Positions 35,832 to 49,452 are shown, numbered from the whole stretch's first letter. The stretch: 63,999 nt of DNA, filler included, from Porpidia crustulata (GCA_964255105.1; 10 parts of 10 records of this genome joined end to end with filler, not necessarily neighbours in it), one strand, 5' to 3'. The notes: generated from the sequence alone by a model not told the origin. Numbers and translations are program-made.

Positions 35832-38399
35832 CTTGCGTCCGTTCAATGCTGCAATGCTACTAACGCGTCGTTGCTGTTGATGACGTTGCTGCTGGGCGAG
35901 CGTTGAAGTCTGTGCAATGTCCAGGTGTGCCCCCACTCCTGGTGAAAGAAAGCGAGGTGTTGAATCAGGTGAGCGCACAAGAGCGTGGGCAAACAGCGCG
36001 GTAAGGCGTTTCGCTTGATCGCCCTAATGTGTTATGAGGGCAAAGGGAATATGCAAGCCTCAAGGCTGTAGCCGCTCTGCAGTGGTCCGAGCTGCTAGAC
36101 TTGACTAGATAAAATGAAGGACAGTGTAGCAATGTTTTCGATTAATTGGCAGGTGTGACGGCGATGGAAGACCAGCGGTGATTGCAAAACAAAGAAGACA
36201 TAGGGGGCAATGAGATTATGTGTATCTTCTCATCATCCACCGAAGTGTGCAGGAAGTCTATTTACTCTGATTCTCTCTTAGCCCCAAGTCTTACCGAAGG
36301 TTCACGCAGGACGAGAACATTCTCGCCTTAACGCCCCATAAGAACTAAAGTCCCTCCCTCCGAAAAACGAATTGTGCCCTGGAAGTCAAATCACTCTTTT
36401 TTCGCACCCTTTTCAGGCTAGTCGGCCCCTGGGCAGATCCAATCATGACTAGCGCTGCACTGTGACGGGAACCAATGCAGTTGGCAGACTTCAAGCCCTG
36501 TAAGTGGCAGGGATTGTCCGGGTCTCGGGACTTATGCCGACAGGGATCCCGAGTGAATCGCTCCTTCCCAATCCAACTCTATTTCGATTAGATCGGTAGT
36601 ACCTTAAACATCGTTTTCTGCTTCTCCTCCTGCCACCTGCCATGACACTTTCATGTTCGACTGTCCCATGGATTGAATAAGTACTGGCTTCACATGTCCG
36701 CAGTGCCAGAACGCCGAAAGAGGGGCTGCATCATACGGGGAAGATGACCTCGTCACTTGAATTTGCACCAGTGATAGCCTACTGCTTGCTAGTGGCTAGT
36801 TGCTGCGACGCCGAAAGAAATTGCATAAAAACCTAATTAGCATGGGCTCGCGTCCTGATCCAGTCATCGCCATCAGAATGGGTAAGCTTTTACGCCATGT
36901 CTTAAAAGGGAAGCAAACATTTCGTGACGGGACCAGCTTGTCATGATCTAGCCATCACCATGCCAGAATAAATACCTCATGCAAGAGAAAAGATACAATT
37001 GACATCTGTTACTCACTACAAGCTCGTCCGATGAGTCGGTTATGCTTTCCGTACGATCACTGGCATTCTGTCGCAAGTGAAGTATCGTGATGTTATGGGC
37101 ATATTATCAACATCAATCGTCGATGATCGACGGAGCATCCTCCCACGACGCCTGATTGGCGTGCCAAGCTTCGCCCCTGATTCTCCTTCGCTAATAATTG
37201 CTCCCCCCACCTGAGCAATCCAACAGCCAACCATCGTTTCAACTATCTGGGAGCGGACGCACGCCTATCTGGACACAGATCTCGCCATGTGGCCGGGTAA
37301 GCCACTTTGATACCGTAAAAGAACAACGTTATTCGCTGAACCCTTATCCTCCTGTTGTTATCATGAGAACGCGAGGAATGTCAGGATGCCAGATCACTAT
37401 TGGTGGACCGGCAGTTGGAGCAGCACATGTTTTAAAGAAAGGGGTCATTTTAAGCCGAAGTTCGTACGGTGCTTTGCAATCGAGCCAGCCGTCTTGGTGG
37501 GCTTCCCTATGAATGGTAAAGTTTGAGTGTCGGCATATACGGGTTTCTAAGCGTTTGGTCTACATTGCTTCAGCTTCAACGCGTGAATGAAATCATATAA
37601 CTTATGGGCAACTCTATTGTGGTATTTGCAAGTAAAAGTTTCCTGGCGAACGGACCAGCCTAAAAGGTCTACTTGATTTCGTCAGATCTTCAGCGCTTCT
37701 CATTCTGTCAGTGCCTTGTTCAGACCTTCGTTCCACTAGAGTAGTGTCTTTCTCTTTCCGCATTAATGTTTTACTCAGGCAGTTTTTCAGTCCTCGTGAC
37801 ATGTCCCTTCCCGTCAATCATCAGTCGTGGGACATTTAGGTTCTCGCTCAACTAATCACGGATGGCGGGGGTTCATTCAAAGTAAAGCATGTGAAAATGA
37901 CGAACTGGTTGATCATCTTTGTCATGGTAGAGAATCTGAGGAAGGAGAAAAGAGCGCTGAAGCCTCAACACCTTTGGTACCACATTTGGTGCTTGTCGAT
38001 TGTTGTGAGGTCATCCCTTCAATCTGCTCCTACCCATTCAGTTTACTGAGTCTCTCCAAATTCGCTTACCCGGTTTCTCATGTATCGATTCCGAATTTAC
38101 GAGGTTTCCACGAGTAAGGTGCAGCATTATTACCTTAGCGTGAGGGCTACCATTCTGAATTACAGTAGCAGAACGGTATCACCTGAATGTACTGTCTCTA
38201 AGCGGTAACATCATAAATATCGTATTAAAACGTAGTTTTCGTATTAAAGCTGAAATTATAATCTTATAAAAGCTGTTATTTTAAAAAGATCGTGTATATA
38301 CTGTAATGATTAATTTACATATATTATTAATTTACGATACATTCATTTTTCATAGAATATTCGTTTGTACTTCTCGTTTATTTCGTTTGTTATACACAT

Positions 38400-38480
38400 C
38401 TCATCAAGCATCTCATCAAGCACCCCGTCAAGCACCCTATCAAGCAACTCATTAAACACCTCATCAAGCGCCTCACCAAA
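38400..38480. repeat. Degenerate 12-bp tandem repeat (CTCATCAAGCAC), ~6.7 copies, after an AT-rich tract
   Basis: Units ctcatcaagcat, ctcatcaagcac, cccgtcaagcac, cctatcaagcaa, ctcattaaacac, ctcatcaagcgc. Confidence 0.75.
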
Positions 38481-38532
38481 TTGAATTTTAATGAGGAGGT
38501 TATCGAGCAATTTGGGTGTGTGTTTTGGGTAC

Positions 38533-38835
38533 TGTTCCCCGGGCGCATTGAATTTCGGCTTGCTTTTAGTGCGCGGGGTCTAGGCTGGAAGGATTACCTA
38601 ACCCAGCCAATGGGGACACAGGTTCCCGTGCTCACCTAGCTCAGGGAGCTATGGACACTGAGCAAACTGAGCACACCATGGGTGTGTTGCTCAGTTGGCT
38701 CACCTTGCTCGGTTTCCAAAGCAAGGTGAGCACGATGAGCACAGGCTCATGGCACGATTCTCCTATGTCTATATAATGAAGGTCATTTCCCTAGATAGGA
38801 GCTTCGTGCTCAACTCATGTAATAGTCAATACAAT
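38533..38835 (+). mobile_element. Possible LTR or other repeat fragment at contig end
   Basis: Starts TGT; repeated TGAGCA/TGCTCA motifs on both strands, TATATAA box near 38770, ends AATACAAT at the assembly break. Confidence 0.3.
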
Positions 38836-38935
38836 NNNNNNNNNNNNNNNNNNNNNNNNNNNNNNNNNNNNNNNNNNNNTTAATTAATTAANNNNNNNNN
38901 NNNNNNNNNNNNNNNNNNNNNNNNNNNNNNNNNNN
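38836..38935. other. Artificial contig linker
   Basis: 44 N + TTAATTAATTAA + 44 N. Confidence 0.99.
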
Positions 38936-40595
38936 GTGGAAGTGAGGAGGGGAAGGTTACGGGAGGGCTACGCACCTAGGAATCCGAATTGCGCCCAAAA
39001 GCAGACGACGCCGAAGAAGGAAAAGTTGACGGTGATGCGGTCGAGCAAGGTGCTGACAACGCTTGGGGTGCAGACGTTCTTGGCGGCTTGAGATAAGGAT
39101 ACTTCGGAGCAAGGGCGAATGAGGTCGGTATGGTTGGTGCAGTCAGGCTGATCCGTCGGGTGTGAAAGCTCACGATCACAAAAGGTTTGCGGTCCAAAAT
39201 GTGTGTACTGCGGTGCCGCCATCATGGATAGAGAATAGTTGATGGCAAAAGCAATCAGCGTCAGCATTACTGTGGCCATCAGCAACGCTTGGGGAGATGT
39301 GTGGCCTTTTCTGATCTGGAAGATCCTAAGCCACAAGAAGCGGATGCCGATGGTTGCGATGCCGACGACGGAGCTGGCAAAAAAGAACAGCACTAGAAGC
39401 AGGTAGATGACGTAGTCGATGGGGAAGATTTTGGCGGACATGACGAAAATCCAATTCAGGGGATTGAAGATGTTGATGTGGCCAAGAACGTAGCCGCAGT
39501 GGGTCTTGCAAATCGAATTCTTGGCTTTATCGATGCCTGTCAACAGCATGGAAACCCAGACGAAGATGGCCACAAGCATCAGCAGAAAGCCACCGATCAG
39601 CTTCAGCGGTCGAAAAACGGCCTCAACCTTCAGCCACGCTCTTAGCAGCCAGCCGTGACCTTCGCCGCTGACTTCTGCTGCCAAACGCTGGCGGCGAGTG
39701 AGGGTCAACTCCTCTCGCTTTAGGGCTTCGAGTTCTCTGCGATCCTTGGAGGATAAACCGTCTGAGCTGCCGGCATTGCGGCCTTCCAATTGATGCTGAC
39801 GTTCGCGGTTTTGTTCAAGAGCCGATGCAGTGTTGGCACTCAGGGCTGGTCCGGACACCGTTGGTGCAGATTTGATAAAGGCCACTGGTAGCAATGCAAA
39901 GCCTGCGGCAGTGTAGACGACGTAGATGAGTGTGCCGATGGTTATGAGCAGGCCGAGCCCAAAGGTGAAGGCTTTTTCTCCTCCTAAAATGTCGTTAATT
40001 TGATTTCGACTTCCTAGATATCCATTTACTAATACTCACGATTCTCTGTGAGGAGGTCCTTGAAGAAGTCATATTCATAATGGGCGCCCTTGCGGTCCTT
40101 TGCAGCTGGAACAAAGAAGCCGACTAGAAAGATGATCACCACCAAAGCAATAAATGCTATGGTATACTTAAAGGCTCCCCAGAACCTTGATCCAAAGGTC
40201 TGGCTGCCCTCCTCTGTTGCAACCTCATTGTATTCCTCGTACCAGAAGTAGGTGAACGGTACCACAACGAGACACAGAAGAGCGTCGAGGGAGTAGAGAG
40301 TGTAGTAAACAATCTTCAGCGTGAGAAGGATATTGTCGACCCGATCCTGCGTCGCCCATTCCTTGCGCTGGCCGGTTCTGGAGGATGTAGTAGACGATAC
40401 AAGAGCAACATCCACTGGTAAAAGCAAAACAGTCGCGAGTAGTGATGTAAGCGTGAAGATACAAACAATAGTTACCGAAATGGATCTCTCACGCGGGGCT
40501 TGATAGAGGTAGATGAAAATTGAAGCTATCGCGACAAGGAGTGCCACGACAACAGCATAGACGACCCATATCAGAGCGGACTGTACGAGAGCCAT
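38936..40595 (-). CDS. LMBR1-family membrane protein (LMBRD1-like probable lysosomal cobalamin transporter), 3'-truncated
   Basis: Exons 40595-40040 and 39983-38976, next intron cut by contig edge; [45 protein letters not shown]. Confidence 0.88.
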
Positions 40596-40902
40596 GATGA
40601 TTGATGCTGTGTTCAATATGTATCTTCTCCTCGTGCAAGAAGCTACCCATGGAATGGCGGGGATTACTGCATTTCTTGATTTGGAGTTGTTTCATCATGC
40701 CGCAATTGATCCCTGTAGCGATCAATACAGCAATCGCGTCCTTCGCGTAAGGCATTAAGAGACATCTCAATTGTCGGAACCATCAATCTCACTCATTGAT
40801 TTAGCGAATCATTATGTCTAGGAGCACAGTGCCTGGCCGAATGTTTCCCTTGAGTGAAGCCGCAACCCATTGAATTCCTGGACACTTAGTCGAATCTCCA
40901 CC

Positions 40903-43900
40903 ATGCAGTGTTATAATGAACTCACGCCTCCAACGGCCGTAACACATTCGATTTCTCTGCCCTTCCTGTCATCTTCTGCAAACAATCTTGTTGTCGCAAA
41001 GACGTCGTTTCTCCAGATCTTTGCGCTCAAGTCTATCATTACTGACACCGGCTCCAGCGTTCACAGCAACGGCGTAAGAAGCAACACATCTCAGAAATCT
41101 GAGCGGGTGCATACTACAAAACTCGTATTGGTGGCTCAGTATGAGCTCTCTGGCACGGTCACATCTCTCGCTCGGGTCCGTATACAACGATCAAAGTCTG
41201 GGGGCGAAGCGCTACTTGTCGCACTCAGAGATGCCAAGCTTAGTCTCGTCGAATGGGACCCGGAACGCTATTCAATTGCTACCATATCAATCCATTACTA
41301 TGAGCGGGAAGACATATTGGGTAGCCCATGGGATCCAGATCTAGGGCAGACAGCCAACTATCTCTGCGTAGATCCTAGCAGTAGATGTGCGGCTCTCAAA
41401 TTTGGCAAGAGACATCTGGCAATTCTACCATTCAACCAGACGGCAGATGATCTTGCCATGCTTGACTATGACCCCGACATTGATGGTATGCGTGCAGAGC
41501 CTATTACCGGCCCCTCGAGAACAGCAAGTACGAAGCCTGCAGATGGCACCGTCAATCAAGAGAAGACGCCTTACGCATCTTCTTTCGTCTTGTCATTGCT
41601 TGCAGTAGACCCTAATCTATCACATCCAATACAACTTGCATTTCTGCACGAATATCGAGAACCTACCTTTGGCATTTTGTACTCGCAAGTGGCTACCTCG
41701 TCCGCCCTGATTCATGAACGACGTGACGTTTTATCGTACGCTGTTTATACTCTAGATCTAGAACAGCGGGCTTCGACGAGCCTACTTTCGGTGAACAACC
41801 TACCTTATGACCTCTTCGCGGTGAAATCCCTTCCGCTTCCCATCGGTGGGGTTCTTCTGATAGGTGGCAACGAGCTGATTCATGTCGATCAAGCTGGAAA
41901 ACCAAATGCGGTTGCAGTCAATGTATTTGCCAAAACCTCAACCGCATTCCCTATGCTAGATCAGTCTGATTTGGCTTTGAGACTAGAAGATTGTGTCATT
42001 GAACAACTTGGGTCTGACAATCGCGAGATGCTAATAGTGCTGAACAATGGAGAGCTCGCTATACTGAATTTCAAGATCGATGGAAGATCAGTCTCTGGAA
42101 TATTTGTTCGTCGGGTTATGCAAGAGGACGGCGGAGACGCTGTACTTGCTGGACCATCGTGTACAGCCGTCGTTGGGAGAGGTAGGATCTTTATTGGGAG
42201 TGAGAATGCAGATTCCATCATCCTTGGCTGGTCTCGTAAATCGTCGAAGCTCAAACGACAACGGACTAGAAAAAATATGGATATCTACAATGATGAGGGT
42301 GCGTCAGATGATGGTGAAGCTGAGCTGGAAGACGACGACGACGACGACCTCTATTCTGGAAATAAACCAGAAGAAAAGGTCTTAGATCTGGCGTCATCAT
42401 CAGTCATTGCAGATACTAATAATGATTACCATTTTCGAACGCATGACTTATTGCAAAATTGTGGACCGTTCAAAGATATCAAATTACAAAGGACTCCGGT
42501 AGCAAAGAGGCAGGACAGCGATGAAATGACTACAGATCATCATAGGTACGAGTTGGTAGCGGCAGTTGGTCAGGGTAGAGCCGGCGGACTGTTGAAGTTC
42601 AAGCAACATATTGAGCCCTCATTGATTGCGGAATACAATATTCCTGATGCGGAAAGTATTTGGGCTGTCACTCTTGGCGGCTCTACCAAAAACACTGCAA
42701 CACATGCAAGCACGGATATCGGCTTCAACAATCACATCATTGCATCCACTGTTACGGAGGGTGGGGAAGAGTTTTCGAGGGCATTTAAGCTTACATCGGT
42801 AGCATTAGAAGAATTAAAGGGTACTGACTTTGACCCTGAGGCTGGGGCAACTATAAACGTTGGGACACTGAACGGAGGGTCGCGAATAGTGCAAGTATTG
42901 CCAGGAGAATTGAGAACATACGAGGGTGGTAAGTGCAGTCTTCTACATCTTATTTATATATACATAGCGCAGCGTACAGAACAAAGTCTGTTAATCCCTT
43001 ACCAAAGCCTATGGAATTCGTGGGGTGCAGGAAGTACTTGGCTTTGCTTGAAAGCTTCTGGATGCGTAGGCTGCGATGTTGTTTCTTACTTGGCTGTACA
43101 ATCATGTTTATTAGTATTAATGAAATCCTTGTCCACCATCGGTTTCATGTGTTAAGTTCTTCATGTGCTATTGCTGAACCCATTGTTTTACCACCTGTCA
43201 CAGTCTACCGGCTAATGTGAACTAGAAAACTTTAGTCTGGCTCAGATATTGCCTATCGCAGACGATGATCTTGAATCTGAGCCAAAGATCGTTAGTGCAA
43301 ACTTCGTGGACCCCTACATCCTGCTGCTGAAGGATGACGCAAGTGTAACAATTCTCAAGGCCGACGAGACAGGCGACTTGGAAGACATCGACCGAGGCGA
43401 AGTGTTCGTGGGGACTAAGTGGCTATCAGGGGCGCTCTACGAGGACTCGAATGACGTGCTCCGCCTAGAATCTGGAGAGGACGACGACGAGGAGTCCGGA
43501 AATGTGTTGATTTTTCTTTTGACCGCTGCAGGCGGTTTGCAGGTTAACACTCCACCCACGGCCATCCGAAGATACAAGGACCGCGATGTTTACCTTCAAA
43601 CCGTTCACTAATGAATGTACAGATATTCCGTCTACCAAATCTACAAAAACCGATCTATGTTGCCGATGGAATCGCCTTTCTTCCTCCATTCTTATCGACA
43701 GATTTCGCGGTCCGTCGTTCTTCTGCCAAGGAAAATTTGTCGGAGATTTTGGTGGCAGAGCTCGGGGATTCGGTTCATAAGAGCCCCTATTTGATAGTAA
43801 GTTGAAGCGACTGTATCGACCGTTGCTTTTCTGACGTCTCAAGCTTCGCTCCGCAAACGATGACCTCACCATCTACCAACCATACCAGTCAATAACACCG

Positions 43901-45300
43901 GGCAGTCGAGATACCACCCTCCGGTTCCTCAAAATTCAGAACCCTCGTCTGGCTCAGATGACAGAATTCTCCGAAGATGAGACAGAAAGAAGACGGCAGC
44001 CTCTGCGAGCTATACAAGATGTTGGCGGCTATTGCGCTGTTTTTCTGCCAGGGGAATCTGCCAGCTTTATCCTTAAGTCTGCGTCAAGTCCACCATATGT
44101 GATCAGGCTGAAGGACAGTCCAATCAGAAGTCTATGCGAATTGTACACCTCGACGTGCGAGAGAGGATTTATCTACATCACCAACACGGTAAGATCCTTG
44201 AACATGTCCATATCGATTATTTATTGAGAAATGCAGGGGACGGTCAATGCAGCTCAGCTGCCGTCTGATAGCGTTTACAGTACCGGGTGGGTCACAAGCA
44301 AGATCTCCCTGGGTGAAGAGATACAAGCTCTTGACTACCACTCCAAGACCGAAGCCTACGTAATTGGGACAAGTCATAAAGCGAGTTTCAAGTTACCAGA
44401 GGATGATTTTCACGAAAACTGGGGCAGTGAAGGTAATAGCAAAAGTTTGTTCAGTACGAGAAGTTGCTAAAGATCCCTATCAGATGTCTCTTTCCTGCCT
44501 CAGATAGCCGAAGATTCGATTCAACTCCTGGACCGTAAGACACGGACCATGATTGATCAGTGAGTGGTTTTCAAACGACTTATCAGTGGCAAAAACTAAA
44601 GCTGACAAACTCATCAGGTATGACCTAGAACCCAGCGAAACAGTCCTCTGCATCAAAACCATGTCCCTCGCAACATCCGAGCACGAGCCCCGAAAGCGCC
44701 AAGAGCTCGTCGTCATCGGAACCGCTCTCATCCGCGGCGAGGATCTGGCGTCCCAAGGCCGCATATACGTCTTCGACATCATCGACGTCGTCCCCGAGCC
44801 AGACCGCCCGGTCACGGGCCACAAGTTCAAACTAATCGCCAAGGAAGACGTCAAGGGCGCCGTGACCGCCTTGTCCGAAATCGGCCAGGAGGGATTCCTA
44901 CTCGCGGCGCAGGGCCAGAAATGCATAGTCCGCGGACTGAAGGAAGACAAGACCCTGTTGCCGGTCGCGTTCATGGACATGCAATGCTACGTCAGCAGCG
45001 CCAAGGAGCTAAAAGGCACTGGTCTGTGCGTGATGGGGGATCCGATCAAGGGGGTTTCTTTTGTGGGTTACAGCGTACGCGATAGCCCCTTCCCCCCTAT
45101 CCCTCTCTCTCACTTTCTTCTCTCAATCAAAGCAGAGATCTCGGAGTAAGGCACATACTAACCCCAGTCCACAGGAGGAACCGTACCAACTCCGCCAATT
45201 CGGCAAATCCCTCCAGCACGTCGAAACCATCGCGGCAGACTTCCTGCCCGACGGCAAACAACTCTTCGTCGTCGCCGCGGACTCGGACTGCAACCTGCAC
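40903..45300 (+). CDS. CFT1: Cleavage/polyadenylation factor subunit Cft1 (CPSF160), 3'-truncated
   Basis: Exons 40903-42928, 43226-43542, 43623-43796, 43844-44188, 44237-44432, 44484-44559, 44618-45074, 45175->45300; [66 protein letters not shown]. Confidence 0.95.
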
Positions 45301-45400
45301 NNNNNNNNNNNNNNNNNNNNNNNNNNNNNNNNNNNNNNNNNNNNTTAATTAATTAANNNNNNNNNNNNNNNNNNNNNNNNNNNNNNNNNNNNNNNNNNNN
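45301..45400. other. Artificial contig linker
   Basis: 44 N + TTAATTAATTAA + 44 N. Confidence 0.99.
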
Positions 45401-45576
45401 AGCGGCTTCAAAGGCCCCCGGATTGGGACGTTCAAACACCTAAAAGTAGATACTAACAGTAAATTGACGGATAAACTTCTCGAAATATCATCAGCCATTC
45501 CGCGAATCGACGTGCCCACGTCTATAGTCCTGTCGTCAATCGAAGAGGAGACAAGCCTACACGTTTTGCCATGAAA

Positions 45577-46676
45577 TCAAACCCTCATCCTGACTTTTAA
45601 CAAATCCCCATCAACAATCTCCTGTTTCTTTGCGAAAAACTCCGGCATGTCCCACATGCAACTCACGAATCTGCCTGCCAGCCACTCCTGTCTCTTCTGC
45701 GTCAGGTATACAATTGTGTCGCCACCGATTTCGGGCGTGTCGATCAGTACTCATAGCGCTTATCAGTGTCGAACCAGCATGAAGGATAGAAACGGACTGC
45801 GTATGAACGACTTACAGCTATGTATGGGTTTAGGCATCTTGCTCGCCAGCTCTGTCATCACGCCCCCCGGATGCACTGACCAGGCAAGAATCCCCTGCTC
45901 TCCGTAATCCGACATGATATGCTCGGTGAAGCGGGTAATGGCGAGCTTGGTGGTCTGATACCCACTGGCGCCCTGGCGGATTGTGTGAGCACCAACTGAG
46001 GACAGGTTGACGATGGTTTTATCTCCGCCTTTGAGGAGTAGAGGGAGGAAGGCGCGCGTCACCAAGTAGGTTCCTCGCACATTCTGGAGCGAGCATAGAT
46101 GCGTCAGAACCCCTCGGACGCAATTTTCTGTCCTTACACAGGAGATGAACGTAAAACAAGGGAGCGAAGACTCACCACCATCCACGTTTTCCACCACTCC
46201 TCGGGATCACTCTCGACAATGGGTACATATTCTTCAAGGTACCCAGCGTTATTAATCAACACATCCAATCTTCCAAAAACCTTCTCGACATCCTTCGCTG
46301 TACGCTCAACCACCTCTTGATCCACCAAATCCATCACGCAAGTCAATACTCTCGGCACCTTTGTTCCTGCCGTCTCTGCCGCAATTTTGATTTCCTGCTC
46401 AAGGCTTGCCAGGTCGGAGCGCGCTCCTAGGCCTATCGCTGCAACACCAGCTTTCGCATATGCGATGGCGATTGCGCGACCGATTCCCTCCGACGCGCCG
46501 GTCACGAAGACGTATTTATTAGTGCAGTCAGACTTCGTGGCCGGGTCGATGGCGGGGTAGGTGCCATGGTGGATTGCTGGAGTGAAATCCACTCCTACAG
46601 AGTATATGGTCAGTTGATTGGATCGTCGTAGCTTCACATGTTACCGACCTGTATGGCTTAGCTGCTTTTGGGTCAT
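45577..46676 (-). CDS. Short-chain dehydrogenase/reductase
   Basis: Exons 46676-46649, 46594-46176, 46083-45816, 45749-45577; YPAIDP, TGASEGIG, LINNAG, YQTTK, HPGGVMT, WLAGRFVSCMWD. Confidence 0.9.
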
Positions 46677-47697
46677 TGTCCCTATAGAAACAACGCTGCG
46701 ATGCGAACAGTGAAAAAAATTGTCTGTCTTTGTGGAGGCTGGAGCTGCGAAGTATTATCAATATCAATAAATCTTAATGCAAGTCCTGTACTCCTTCAAA
46801 CGCTCCCACCGCTGAAATTATTAAATCTATGTGACGTCAAGGAATCTTTATATCAATCGCCAACGGCCGGCTCGGGGTTAAGCGGCGGATTTAGGCTTGT
46901 CGTTTCCGATAAGGCGTTCTTTCGGGTTTTTGTACACCGTTTCTCCCGGATTTCTGGCTTCGAATGCACAATGCTTGCGGAAACAGAGATGCCTACTTAG
47001 GCATCATGTTGACTCAGGAAGGGCCAGAAGATATGAATAGGGCTAGGACGATAGAGGAGAAGCTTCAAATCTAGTAATCGACGTGCACAAGTAAGTACAC
47101 ACTTAAAGTAGAAACCGATGTGAGTTCTTCGCACATACAAGACAAATCGGCCTCAGAGTCAGCTCCTTGCGGGTCGTGCGGCATCATTAAATGGGAAAGT
47201 GAACCGTAAGTAAAGCAACAGAAATTTCACGCCCTAGTCTTCTCTCGAATAAATGGATTTGGAAAAACGAGATGTAAATAATTTCACGATGATAAACACA
47301 CGTTTCAATATTGAGATAAATTTCGGGAAGTGAGTGTGAGAAGCGCAATACCCGCAAACAACAGGTTGCGTTTGGTGTGGATGACAAAAAAGGTACGAGA
47401 GTATGGGGAGGAAAGGCATACCTCGATTGAAGTTAGCGAAAAAGCGTATGGAAACAGAGATCCTGTCGATTGCCAGCAAAATATTGCCAGCTCAAAAGTG
47501 AGGAAAAGAAGTGACACGAGGTTGTGCAGACCATCCTATATGCCGATGACTGCCGTCCAACTGAGAACATCCAAGGGTGTTGTTTCTGGCCATTAGCCTA
47601 TCTAAAGATCAAGAGAAGAAAACCCGTGTAAATTGCTCGTTGCTCCTTTGCGCTATACATATCCCAAATATGCACTGGATTTCACCGGAAGCGATGA

Positions 47698-49452
47698 CTA
47701 TGGAAATGCTTGAATCTGCGACGGCTCTTCAGCAGGCGTGAGAAATTCGGTTACCGTACGTTCAATTTTTGGTGGAGGCATTGCAATGTTCTTCGATGCC
47801 ACGCCATTGATCTGTGCGGGTGCTGAAGGCGTCGGTTGAGCTGGGAGAACACCATTGGCCCTTTCAAGCTGAACCTGGTTCATGGCCTGAGATTGAGGGA
47901 CGGGCAAGGTTTCCTGTATCGGCATTGTTTCTGATGATAGATCTCCGGCGGGTACTTTGGTTTCGCTTACTTGGTGGAGTTGTGCGGAGGGTCCCACAGG
48001 TATAGCGGTCATACTTAACGGCGACGGAGAAGTCTGGTATGTTGATTTAGGCTGAGATCCTGACACATCTTGCAATGTACTCAAAGGTGCCAGACTATTC
48101 GAGGTTGCCAGACTGCTCTGAGGGCGTGAGTCTGTTGGTGTGCGCTCGTACCTGGGTCTGTTGGACCTAGACAATGCGAGCTTTGCAAATGAATGAAGTG
48201 TGGCAACCGTTTCCCTTCTTTCTTTGCCATCAACACTACCGACACCAACAGCAGTCATATCACCATCTACATCATCCACCCACTTTACGGGAGCAGTAAG
48301 GAACAGGGACTCCAATCCTGGCGATGCCAATTCAAGCACGTTCTTCACTGCTGGATCTAGAACAGGCATTTGTCCACACACAAAGTCCAGATTGCCGCCA
48401 TACTTTTTCGGAATACTGTCAACATCCATGAAAGCTTTCAGTGTAGGCAACACTTCGTGATGGCCCAAAATAAATATCTTGGAAGTAGTGATGGGATCGA
48501 ACCATTTCTTGATCCAGCCCCAGACAGTAGGGAAGAAAGAAGGTGCACCGATAATCTATGTAGTCAGCTAAATATGTGTCCGTGACGTAAAGATACTAGT
48601 AGCCCTTACGAATATTCTATCAAGAGTCTCAGGGTAGTGAGCAGTTGCTAGAGTGGAAGCATCTTGCATGTGTGATCTCAAGTTCCAGAACTGTTTGAGT
48701 CCCACATGTGAGATGTCGACAATATTATTCGATTGATCAACTGGGGTTTCCGGATTGGGTCTCCCAGGTACAGCGGAACAAAGAGGCATCACAAAACGGG
48801 TGAGATTTTCATATAGAGCAAACAACCTCAGCATTCTTGACGGAGACGGGCCTTTGAGCTTTGACTTTGACGTGGACGACGAGTAAGCAATCATTTTCTT
48901 GGAATCCAGCTTCCCGACTTCGTACAAATAGATCGGGATCCCGCGATTATCCACGCGTCCAGTCCATTGAGGATACTATAACAATCAGGCAAGGATAACA
49001 AGACTGAAATATCGCCAAGTAACTTACAACACTGCGAGCTTCTTGGTAATCTTGAACATCTATGTTTTCATACAAGGCATCTAGCTTATTGTCTTTGCGC
49101 CATATTTCGGTGTCCTTGAATTGCACAAAGGCATCTTGTGGGGAGAACTTTCTAGCTCTTAAAAAACGTCTACGGACCGCTTAGATTGGAATAGGAAGAA
49201 AGGAAGCGACGCATGTCAAACAGCTACATACACGAGAGTGCCATCATCATGGCTAGCCGGGCCATTGGGACCTACTGCTTTATAATAGCCGTGTTTCGCA
49301 CAGAGCGTTTTGAAATCATCTAAAGCATCTTCTTCCACTACTGTTAAATGGCCCAGGTGTCCTTTCAGTCGAGCTTGTTCGAGCGAGGCTGAGGGTGGCG
49401 GGGGGCCATGCTGGCCCATATGCTCATCCTCGAGAATCGATTTAGGAGCCAT
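47698..49452 (-). CDS. CRAL-TRIO (Sec14-like) lipid-binding protein
   Basis: Exons 49452-49232, 49169-49028, 48975-48610, 48555-47698; DDGTLVRFLRARKF, YPQWTGRVDNRGIPIY, AHYPETLDRIFIIGAP, IPKKYGG. Confidence 0.92.

Noticed and set aside
38161..38305. TA|CAGT...ACTG|TA as a Tc1/mariner MITE
   Set aside because: Inverted-repeat similarity beyond the first ~7 nt is weak; at most an AT-rich relic.
42929..43225. CFT1 intron as TPP riboswitch, stwintron or H/ACA snoRNA
   Set aside because: No TPP consensus, nested splicing breaks the frame, and no well-placed H box by eye.
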